A stretch of DNA of 64,000 nt, taken from Phoronis australis. Lineage: Eukaryota; Animalia; Phoronida. Position numbers and translations under genes: made by a program. The stretch spans positions 62,001 through 126,000 of the forward strand of contig NMRA01000754.1 in the NCBI GenBank assembly GCA_002633005.1, written 5' to 3'. The notes under the pieces were generated by a model that was not told the origin of the DNA, made no database searches, and saw only the letters and a program-made list of their open reading frames with translations. Every line of letters begins with the position of its first letter. The stretch's first letter is position 1. Below are positions 13,005-24,193 of the stretch, one piece after another.

Positions 13005-13990
13005 TTAATCAAGTTGGAGGTGATTGTCGCAGAATGTGTTATTGTGTTTTTGGTTCATTCAGTTTAATCATCGTATTACATCATTTATTGTTGTTGTTTA
13101 TCACCACTCTCTTACAATAGAAGATGAGTAATACTTTCCATTCCTAGAACTACTTGTTTGTCAGAATGTTGCATCCTTTATTTTTTCATCTTATTTGATT
13201 GATTAATTCGTGTTTCTCTGGTCTCTCTCTCTATATATATATCACTTTCAGTGGCGGATCTACGGGGGGGGGGTTCAGGGGNGCAGAAAGTGCTTGCCAC
13301 ACACACGGTAATTCTCCACTGCTTTGTACGTTGCGTGGACGGGTAACGCTGCGTTCTTCACACGAACGAGCCAAGTACGGCGAAGTGTGTCATCCATCGG
13401 AAAGCGATGCAAAGGCACTCCCAAAGCGCGCGTGAGCCGATAATTACTACATCCCGGTACGCAGCAACAGTGTGGCATGTTGACTGACTAGTAAATGAAA
13501 GCGAACGACGACGGAACTTAACACAACCGAGGTAGAACAATGACTGACTCGGCAGCTCTCACAGTCAGACTATGTGAAAAGAAATTGGCGGGAAGCGCTT
13601 GCCTCCTAAAACGTCACTTCCGGAAAAGAGGACGAATAATTAATAAAATTACGAAAAGCTGTAATTAAGTGAAAAATATGTCTAGGATAACCAACCAACC
13701 TTATTTTAGCTCAAAATGACATGGAAAAAGGTTGCCTTCGCCTTTAATCAAGTTGGAGGTGATTGTCGCAGAATGTTTTATTGTGTTTTTGGTTCATTCA
13801 GTTTGATCATCGTATTACATCATTTATTGTTGTTGTTTATCACCACTCTCTTAGAATAGAAGATGAGTAATACTTACCATTCCTAGAACTACTTGTTTGT
13901 CAGAATATTGCATCCTTTATTTTTTCATCTTATTTGATTGATTAATTCGTGTTTCTCTGGTCTCTCTCTCTCTCTCTATATATCACTTTC
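13005..13990. repeat. Near-identical ~245-bp duplication (13005-13250 and 13744-13990) straddling the N at 13282
   Basis: TTAATCAAGTTGGAGGTG...ATCACTTTCA occurs twice with a few SNPs and different CT/AT microsatellite lengths. Confidence 0.9.
13283..13743 (-). mobile_element. End of a Kolobok-like DNA transposon carrying an intact THAP-domain ORF start (truncated by the gap)
   Basis: ORF from 13478: MPHCCCVPGCSNY...LHRFPMDDTLRRTWLVRV...RVCGKHF, a complete C2CH THAP core. The element ends ...GGTTGCCTTCGCCT next to TTAA (13744-13747), matching Kolobok RR...YY termini with a TTAA target site. Confidence 0.7.
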
Positions 13991-15534
13991 ACCGTATTTT
14001 GTGCAGTATAGTCTCAGTAGTTTTCATGAGTTGATTAGTAGTTCTTTCTCCGCATTGAGAAATGTTCTCATCATTCGTTGACAGTCTTCAATATACTAGT
14101 CAAGACTAATCTCTTGTTCTTGCTTACGAACCACCTCGTGCACAGCCAAACCGCATTTTTCCGTGTACCCCACAGTGATTTAGGGACTTTGAAAAAAGCG
14201 ACAGGTCGATACAAGATTGCTGACTCGCTAAATAAGTTGGCTTGTCACGGCGTGTCATTTTATGCCGCGAGCATAATCCAGTTAGGAATAACGATCTGTC
14301 AGTTCTTTTCAAGCCAAGATATCACTTATCATTTGAGTAAGGCAAAAGTTGAAACCAATTTCATAGCAACAAGTTCACTTCTTGGAATGAATGCAGGTTT
14401 TTAGCCCGGCACTTTTAACTTTAGTTCTGGATCACGCTTGTGCGCTGATTGGCCCCAAATCAATGCAACAATCGTTTTTTTATAATTTTATTTCTAAAAA
14501 GCTGACCGTTATAACAGATCATTAAGGTCATCAGTGCACATTAGGTCAAACACATTAACTGAATAACATGCCTGAGTTTACCCCTGCTGTTGACTAAGTT
14601 GGCTAGCTACGGATACGTTCTGAACTGTCCCAAGATATACCCAAATATAAAGCAATGTTGAAGCTGCTATTAAGATTTTTGCATTTTAAGGACTTAATGA
14701 TAAGTTGAAGTCATTTGTTGTTGTGTGTAAATGCATCCATTTCCAGAAGAAACATGATGCTTTGCAGTTACGGGCATGTTCTGAAGCTGCATACATATAG
14801 GCCTATGTTGTAGTGATGAAAATTTAAATAGAAATTGACTGAAAACTCGAAACTTGAAGAGAATTGTAGACGGTGGCCCACAGTGTTGAGACAAGACAAA
14901 GAGATCACGTGGTAAATTAAACCAATAATCGTAGAACAAAGGGGTCACTGACCCGAGAATCCAAACAATATGGTAATGAGGACGAAGCAGTATAGCTTAC
15001 ATGAAATAATTTAATACTTAAATAATGTATAGCTAATCGGACAAGTGTTCGACGAGAGAGAAAAGGCTGACTCCTATTACAGACGTTAGTGCTTGTGCGG
15101 GAGACAATTCATTTTTTGTTGAAATCTACGAGTAGACCGTCGTTACTAACACCGTGGACTTTTACCAGGCAGTATGCTAATACCGTGAGAAATACGAATT
15201 ACTCTAACTTCTACGAGCATTATTTGAAAGCACACGCACGTGCGTATCACACGCGTGTAATATCCGTGTACAGTGAGCGACCTAATCAAGCTAGATCAGA
15301 GAGAGCTGACGCACTCAACTGGCTGCCCCAGCGAAAGTTCGCTGAGTACGTAGCTCACGCCAAGCCATAAAAACACTTAAGAATTGAAAGAACTAGCCAG
15401 GAATTCGTCGACTTGTTCAAGCCTAATCACTTGACGTGATGTGCTCGCTTAACTTTCACTCGTGGCATCCAGATAAGCTCTTCTTCGTCTGCTCTGAGCC
15501 TATCGTTCTAGTAGCACCCTATCTACAAGCGCTA

Positions 15535-18500
15535 TTACTGTACTTCCTTGCAGCCGATGCAATGGTCTGCGTATTTATGTTCAGGACAACAAAAACATTT
15601 ATAAAACTTGAAATTAGATATGTGTTGTCTTTTACACTGGGTGCCAGGTGGGTCACACCACATCAGCCAATCACACGATGAGCTGGCACCACCCGTATAC
15701 CCGTACTTGAATTTTGGTTGGCCGGTCAAGCATTCCACTCCGACATTGTTGGGTTTAATTTCAAGGAGGAAGGATTGGACTTCCAGGCTGAACGTTGTAA
15801 GCGCGTAAGTAGTTCTTCTCGTTCTTGATGCTCTTTTTTGAACAGAGGTTGTAGCAGGGTTAACCCCTCCTGTAAAACAACAAAGGCAAACGAATGTTTC
15901 ACCTTGTTTTAGAGAATATCCTGCAAACATGTTGTTTTACCGTAGTTTAAAACGAAATCGCAACAGACTGCGAAATAATCGGCAGTACCTCATGTCGGCG
16001 TGCAGTTCTTAGCAACTACACCTGTATGAATGGATATCACGTGTTCTATCTTATAAGTCAGCAAATGTTGGTGACTATATTTCTGTACAATGAAAATGAT
16101 ACTATACTGTCACTTGACACTATTATTATTTTTTGTCAGTTGTTTCTTAATGACCTTGAAACCGTGTCACAAACTGTATGTCAGTACGAATCTGTCCATT
16201 TTCACGAATGGCGATGTCTCGGTGGTATGTTAAGAAACGGTCACACTTAAACTTGCAAAACATGACCAATAATTTAGCAGACTATCAACAAATGTAGCAG
16301 CTAATGTATCAGTTATAATTAATTAAAGTTTGTCAAAAACTGTATCGTATTAGCAAATCGGTGCAACATAAAAAGCTATGAAAAGTGTTTTTCGAGGGAA
16401 GTCAAATTGTAGTAACGCCCAAAGGAATATGGACAGGCGCTCAAAAAAAATTAATGAGTCGAACATACATCGACAGCAGTATTTTTTCTTAAAACGTAGA
16501 CGTCAAGATTTGTTTTGGCTCCAATTATTTGGCTCTAAGTTTGTCTCTTCGACTTAGCAGGGAGCAAACAGTCTGAGATCATCATATTGGTGACGATGTT
16601 GATGCTTTACTTCAAACCATTTAATTTGGTATTTTTACAATTTAGGAAGAATGGCACACAATGCTGCTGTCAAAGGAGACTTTCAAAGGACAATTATGAG
16701 GACGCATAGATTTGTCAAAATGGTAAAATATTGGATCAAGCTTTTCAAATGCTCTTGTTGTGCCTAGGTACGTTAAAATTTGTCTTTCTTGTCAATGTTA
16801 GATGACGGAATACAGCAAAGAATGTCAGGCACTTAACGTTAAAAATATTTCACCCCTACTAAGAAAGATGGATAATAGCTTCAAAAGCTAATGAAAATAG
16901 CTGATTGTGCGCTGTGAGTAACAATGTTAATTTGAGCTTAGTGATTTGGCGTTGTCTACAGTAAAAGTGTAATTCGTTCTCAGGACGGTTATCACAAATT
17001 TCACAATTCTCCATAGAATCCTAGGTTTCGCCACAATTTTTTGAGAGGGTGTAACCGCCCAGTCCTCCGCTTTTTATGAGAATGGTTAGAATTAGTTAAC
17101 TACCTAGCAGGAATTCCGCATCGTCCGGAAGTAGCTTCATTCTGTACACTGGTCGGTTCTTGATGAATTCTCGCATTTCTTTCCTCAGGAAATCCAATGA
17201 CTGCAGCGGTCCTTCCGTAACTGTCCAATTTTTTCGAACAATAACGGAGTCTGGGCTTGTATCTTCAATATGAAGCCCGTTTTTCCTCTGTGAGCAAAGC
17301 ACAAGATTTTAGCAAACGATCATGTGACGATAGCCTCATTTTTGTGAGCCTTTCACGTTAGGGATACTGTAGACGGAGAGTTACAACCTGAGCTTAATCG
17401 ACCTCAAGTGAACGATTTTGAGCTTACAGTTCACTTCAAGGCGTTGAACTGACTAGCCTCTATATCATTCACTTGTTGACGTACTTTCACACCTTGACAT
17501 GATCTGTCAGCTCAGCTATCATTCACTTCAATGTGACAGTCAGCTCAGCTCGTAATTCTTCGTCTGCGCTGGATTTTGGGCAATTAAGCTAAAGTGTCTT
17601 TGCTTGAAGTGACGATAAGGTGTTACATCACACCCAAGCAAACTGCTCCAAAATGAAGAAAGACAACATTGCGCTAGCCTATTTTATTAAGCACTTGTTC
17701 AAACATGGTCAAAATTCAATAAAATACTTTTTATGATCTGAAGTTCATACCACGGTAGACCATGCATACTTTTCCATTGACCACGTGTTAAGTATACAGA
17801 GTTTTAAAAACTGGTAATTGTATAACTTCAACTTCCAACCCACCTCGGAACTAGGTCTATCTGCCCTATCGTTGCAACCCATGTCCAGGAGATCAATGTG
17901 GCGTCAATGCATTTATGTTACAATGTGGACACAAAACAGTAGGCCTAATAAACATGAGGACGGAGGCTAAATTAAGGACTTTCTTTCGTAGCAAATCAAC
18001 TCCGAGTCCCAAGTCCGGTTTCCGAGTTGAGTTCCATTATCCTAAGTAGTGTTGTTGCCTCAGTAACTTATTATTTACCAACCTAAATTGCAGTCTTTGC
18101 TAGCTAGGAGAGAAGGAACAAAAATGGAAGGATGCAACTTAATATCATATCGCTCCTCTGTCATCTATTGCACCAGAAGAATTAAACTCACCCACAAAGC
18201 TAACAAGCTGTCTTCCTGGTCTTGCAAGCTGTCAACATGTCCTCGATCAAGTTCAATCAAGAAACATTTTTTCAGGTCAGGTAAACACTGTACAGTGAGA
18301 CCCTAAAATTTTTTAAACAATTTAATTTAAATGAAGACATATAGCAGCAAATTTAAATTTGCTGACTGTGTCATTTGCATTACAAACTGGTTGGGTTTCA
18401 CAGTAATTCTCATTGACTGACTTCTAAGCAAGTCCTCAAAAATTCCTAACAACGCCATTGTTTATCCAAAATGAGGGTACTTGTATGCAACAAAGAATAT

Positions 18501-19642
18501 CGTTCTTTTGTATCTTGCATGTTGTAAGATGAAATTCAGTCAAGATTCGAACTCAGAATATCGATATTTATCGTCGAGTAAGTCGGAACCTCAAAATGTT
18601 TCGTCTTACTGTTCTGCAACAATTAGAAACGGAAACGCTCGTTGTTCATGTCCACTGCGCAAAAGTCACTCAGTGAAATATTTCAAAATGACACCACTTA
18701 AACTTGGGAATGACAAAACTTTGTTTTTATACTGGAGGTTGTAAACAGTGACAATTGTGTACAATGATACACGTCCACAAATATACGATAGTCCGACGGA
18801 GCTCTGATTGATTCTGCGTAACAACTATTTAACATTTCTCCACCATTTTTTTATTAATTTTTTCTTAAAAAATGTTTACTCACGTTGTCCATATCATGCA
18901 TCTCATCCATTGCGTTTACGCCATTGTGTGCTGGAACGTTGATTATTTCTAGGTTCTTGTCGAAGTCTAGCTTCACTCTTTCCGTGTAACTCGTGTTCTT
19001 TTCGACAATATGTATGTCAAAGTTCTACAAATGATTAAAAATTCACCTAAATTAAGCGTTTTGAAATAAATTGGTGAATGCTCGTGGAACTTGTCCTATG
19101 TTTTCTAAGACAATTCAGGGATCTGTTTCAATAGAAGTGACTTAAACTCAAACTTGCTCTTTAGATCGCACTCCATTCTTACCAGTTTTTGTCAAGTAAA
19201 TACGAGCAAATCCCAATACAGAAATAATCTATAGAAATTATCTCGGTAACTACTTGTTATGGATATGACCTCAGACTGAGTTACTTAGTAGTTTTGTTCA
19301 AGTAAGACTTAATTGTTTTTTCAGGAATATTTGTGGTGAGTGTTAGACTTTCATGAAACAAGTAGTGAACAAGAAAATAAAATAACAGAAATCAATTTAG
19401 AGTAAGCAGAAATGTTTTGGTCCGAACTCACGAGGATTATTTAAGAAATGAGATTTTGCCGTTTTCGAAACAAATCATGAATGAGGTCATCGTGCTAGAA
19501 TTTTCTCTGTTTGAACTTTATTCGTCTGATGCTCCGCTGTTTGTTCGGTATTGACTATTCTTACCGCGTCAGTGGATCGTCTCACATGTCTCGCTTCACA
19601 CTGGGTTACCAAGGAGATAACTGCTATCACGAACAGCTTCAT
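15535..19642 (-). CDS. Secreted BRICHOS-domain precursor with furin site and Cys-rich C-terminal domain, 282 aa
   Basis: Coding exons 19642-19565 (MKLFVIAVISLVTQCEA-RHVRRSTDA, signal peptide), 19024-18884 (..ERVKLDFDKNLEIINVPAHNGVNAMDEMHDMDN), 18302-18192 (GLTVQCLPDLKKCFLIELD..), 17287-17104 (..EMREFIKNRPVYRM..) and 15869-15535 (..KRASRTRR plus Cys-rich tail). All introns GT-AG, phases 0,0,0,1, total 849 nt. VPAHN...HD..GLTV...CF and PVY are BRICHOS-type features. Confidence 0.8.
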
Positions 19643-21890
19643 TGTGACGATGAGCTGTAACAGAAACGATAAACATCACCCATCTTTGCATGTTCAGTTA
19701 GCACTCCGTCACAGTCAGGAATACACAACAAACAAGCTGAAGCTTTCTCACAAAACACATACCAAAGCAGAGAGCTTCTCAAAAGACACCGGTCCCCTTT
19801 CAAAGCATTTAGTTTTCATTATAAGCCGCTATTTTACGTAAGGAAAAAAACTAGCTTGAAGAAAAATTATTCTGTGTAACATAACGACTGCACATTAATT
19901 GAGATGGAAGCAAAATTGTCAAGTGTGTTATTAATAAACGTATGCCACAAGTAGGAATCACTCCCACAAAGCAATAACATCCATATTATTTGTTTGCGAC
20001 AGTAAGTTAAAGAGCGGGTATTTTCTGGCCAACTTTCCAAAAAAGTAAAAAAAACTTTCTCCATAACCATATTCTCAAAAAAAACTGAAAAGATACTATG
20101 TTCGCTTCACTTTAGTAAAAATAACCGTAAGGCAAATTAGTCACAACTAAATCCCGAGTGGGGCTTCTTTGGCGTGGCATTTTTTCAATGAACAAAATTT
20201 CCAATTAACTTTTAAGTTTAAAAACTTTCTTTTTTCTGAAGATTTGACAGTGTACAAAAATGATGGTTGCTGAATTTTTTGTGAGCTTAAAAAACTTAAT
20301 AACAAAAACAGACATGTACAGGGATGTTCGTGAAAACTTTGAAAGTAGCTTATAGCAGACTTGAATTTTTTTATCAGAAAGCTATATACAGTGTAAACTT
20401 CGAGCTGCACTCCAATGCACAATTAGCAATCAATTTTACCTTTGCTTGTTATCAATGTTTCAACCTGTCTTCCTTTCAAAAGTTGGTTTGTGGCATTAAT
20501 TAACTCCAAGGAGCTCTTTTTATGCGTTCAGCAAAATTTCCTTGTAGATTTTTTGTCCAATCACAGTTGAGGTGCATCCAAAATAAACTTTATGAACTTC
20601 CTTGTGAATTTTTTGTCCAGAAGGTCCAGTCTTTTTAATTCCCTTTCTTTTGTAGTTCTGTGTATGTTTAATTTACCTGGAGCGTTTAGTGACCACAAAA
20701 TACTCCTAATGTTTTTATTTACAATTCGATGCCACTTGATGCAAAAAGGAAACCGTCATTACCTTAAGCTATAGCTTTGAAATCAAATAATACGAACACT
20801 TAATCTTGTCTCATGTTTCAATAAAAATGACCTGGGCAAATGCCGCCTAAATTTTACTTCCTTATCGAAGTCGACGTAAATTGCAAAGGTAAGTAAAGAT
20901 TTTAGCCTAAAGCAAAGTTTGACTATTGCCGTGATTTAGTAATTTACATGACACGTCTGAGATTAACTAACTAAGCGTTAAGCGGGACTCGCATTAGACT
21001 CATGCTTACACACAATAACCAATACCAGGAGTTATAGATAGTCAAATATTTTGCAAGTAGTTCATCCCGTTCAATCCGCCATCTTCAAATATTTTGCAGT
21101 GGAATTCACTGAGCAAAGTGTTCAAGCCGTCAATTTTTCGTCTCATATACTTCTTTTATACACCTATAATATTTTGCTTTCAGATGCAGAATTACGTACA
21201 TGTAGCTCACAACGAGAGTGCTCAGCCTTGCGTGGGATCTGTTTTATGAAAAGTCACATATAGACCAAACATGACTCTTGTACGCATTACCCATTCAATT
21301 CTAAATAATTGTGATGCGCTAACAATTATAGTGTAATCGATTTTTTTCCGAAACTGTGAAGTAAAAGTCAAAATTTCTGACTTAAGTTTAAGGTCATATG
21401 TAGATGGAGGATCGTAGCTACAAGTCCGTCTTAATTCTGATAAATGTCCTCAAAACGACTAAATTTAACTCAAGAAAAGTATACATTGTCTGAAAGGCGA
21501 GTATCTCGACAGCAACTTTTCTCTGGGACAGTTTTGTTTATCACTACATTCCATTTGCTTTTTTTGGCATCATAAACGCTCAAAGCTTCGCACGGCAGTT
21601 AGCAAGACTACATGTACACGCGGTACACGGAAAATGTGTTCATATTCATAATACCAGTTATATTGGTGTTACGGTATGTTGGACACATAGGGCCTACTGT
21701 GTGTACAATGTTCTGTAGAGTGTCTATGCATCTCCATGCTATTAAACCCCATTTTGAGTCTGAACACGGTAAATTAACTTGTTTGATGCCACGGCAAAAC
21801 ACGCGAGGTCACTGAATGTGGCAAACATCGTCTTGTAACGTTAAAGTGATTTCTAGTCCCAGGCCCGTAGGAAGGAAAAAATTATTGGGA

Positions 21891-22190
21891 CAGTGGCGGA
21901 TCTACGGGGGGGGGGTTCAGGGGATTTAAACCCCCATTTGGGCCAGGACCCAAAAATATAAAAAACAAAAACGTCTCCAGCAAAACAAAAACGGCACCGC
22001 TAGCGTGTGTAAACCCCAAGTAAACCAACTTGGAAAAAATGAGAGGGAGGGGTTCACTCTGAAAATATTTTTTGCATTGTGAATTGCTGCGTCTTCGTGG
22101 CTCATAGGCAAAACGCACGGACATCAATTGTGTGCGCGCTTCTGTCGATACTTCTGAAGTAGCCAAGCATTTTAGATTGATCCACCGCTG
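21891..22190. mobile_element. ~300-bp MITE
   Basis: 5' end CAGTGGCGGATCTACGGGGGGGGGGTTCAGGGG (essentially the same as 13249-13281); 3' end GATCCACCGCTG is an imperfect inverted copy. Confidence 0.7.
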
Positions 22191-24079
22191 AAAGAGCAGC
22201 TCTATAGCTGATTTCTTTAGGTAACTAGCTTCTTTACGATTTGATTAGGGGAAATACTGTGGTGCCGCAACCCTGATATTCAGGCGAATTGACGTGCAAC
22301 GTTTTACCTCATCTGTCATGCCGTGTCATTCTATTACACTCCACACGTTTGTAACTGATGTATAGTAAAGATGTCTTGCGTAATATCAAACAGTGTACGT
22401 GTACATGTAATATTTTTGAAAAAATATTCTTTTTCCAGAGAATTGCTATTGTGGCGGGCGCCGTGGTCTAGTCGCGAGTTCGTTTGAAGATATACACTCT
22501 AACAAGTTATGTCTATTCAAGGAATGACCAAAGGAGGACTGACATTGACAAAGTGACCGCATTCGCAAACAGTGTACAGTACCAGAAATTGCGCAGAGGC
22601 TGTTCTTTCACAACAAAGTCTTGCGGGACTCGTGCGATGTTCAATAAGCCTCCTAAGGAGCCCTAGTTCCTACCTCAACACCCACCGTCTTTCTACCTGC
22701 AATAAACACACTGCCGTCTTCTATACTGGGAATTTTCGCAGAAACACCCATCCCATGAAACGCTCACGCCCATGATGTTAGTACTTCGGGTTTCAAGTGT
22801 TCAGACATTGGGACGTTTATTTCGAAAATTGCAAGAGATGCAAATAGGTCCTGGGATACATCGTCAAGGTTTGAAGTAGTCCATGATGAACGGATCAAAT
22901 TTAGTTGCGCCTGTAAGTCTTTTGAATGGACTTGGCAACCTGAAGGATCTTAGTGCCAACTGAGCTGCGAAACGGGATCTTGACATTGTAGGGGCTTACA
23001 AGCTCATTAGCAGTTGACGAAGTGCAAGCGTTGGGAACAAACATCGAAGATATCTGCAGTGGGTAGAATGGTTCCAAGACGAGCAAACCATTGGATCCGA
23101 TATATAGATTCCTCGACAGTCTTGACAACAGAAGGATAGGACTTACGTATGAGTAACCACTAGGGATTAAAAAGTGTCTAGAGAGAAGTTTTCAATTCAA
23201 AATTTTTTGCATAGTACACTTTAGGTCTCGCGACGGACCAGGCCAGCTTGACTTGTGTAGATGTTGAGTTTCAGTGTACTTCTGGTCCCTCGGCGAACTA
23301 GTCTTGTGATTTTTTTTACCAAAGTGTTCTTTGTAAACTATTTATCTTAGCCAGTATTGTTTGGTCCCGCGACAGATCGACTATTTTTATAGGGATAATA
23401 AGCACTTGGTCTAATGACGGACCAGGTCAGCCTTTTTGTCCCTCTGCAAACTAGTCCAATATGTCTTTTCATCACTGTGCACAGGATGTTTTGGTTTCGT
23501 GAAACTGTTTTCAGATGATTTGTTTCCTGAAACGTTTGACGTTTTTCAATTGTTGTCAACGTGATTCAGCTTAATAAAGTGATACTTAATTATTTATTGT
23601 CGCTTTTAATAATAGACTATGAGCTGAGAGCACCATCGTTCGCCAGTTTTTCTCGTAACGAGACAGAACACATGTTTATTTCCGGACTAGCAGTACACGT
23701 CTTCGTTCTTAAACAACAAGAGGCTGCTGTTACGCGATCATCTGATATTCAAGTTTTTACGCTCCGTCGTTGCTCCTTATGCTCTTGAATATTTGGAAGT
23801 TGTCTAAACCCCTGTATACACAACACACTTTTTCGTATACGACTTTTCGTATGCTAAAAAAGGTGTACGTAGGCAGATGTTCCAACAAAAAAATTTGCTG
23901 GTGGCGTGACTCATACCCAGATGTGCACAATATGGTTCCACGAAAATTATGAGCCAAGTTCATGTGACGAATTCGAGAAGGGTTTTTAACTATCTTAAGA
24001 AAAACTCCAGAGACATGTTAAGTGCCAGAAACTTACCAGGATGCATGGAAATTTCACTGTTTTCACAAAAAATGTCTTA

Positions 24080-24193
24080 CACGGGAGGGGGGCCCCCTCC
24101 CCCGACGTCCCCCCGCTCGGCGCCACGAGTCTAGGATTCGACCTTTGCGGGAATCCTAAACCCCCTTTACCGAAAACGTAGATCCGCCACTGG
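24080..24193. mobile_element. 3' end fragment of the same GC-rich MITE family
   Basis: Ends CGTAGATCCGCCACTG, the reverse complement of the 21891 terminus, preceded by GGGAGGGGGCCCCCTCCC. Confidence 0.55.

Noticed and set aside
22800-23130. Short SWIM-like (FSCACKSFEW) and LRR-like (LLNGLGNLKDL) peptides in different frames
   Set aside because: Too short, stop-interrupted and mutually inconsistent; chance matches are likely.
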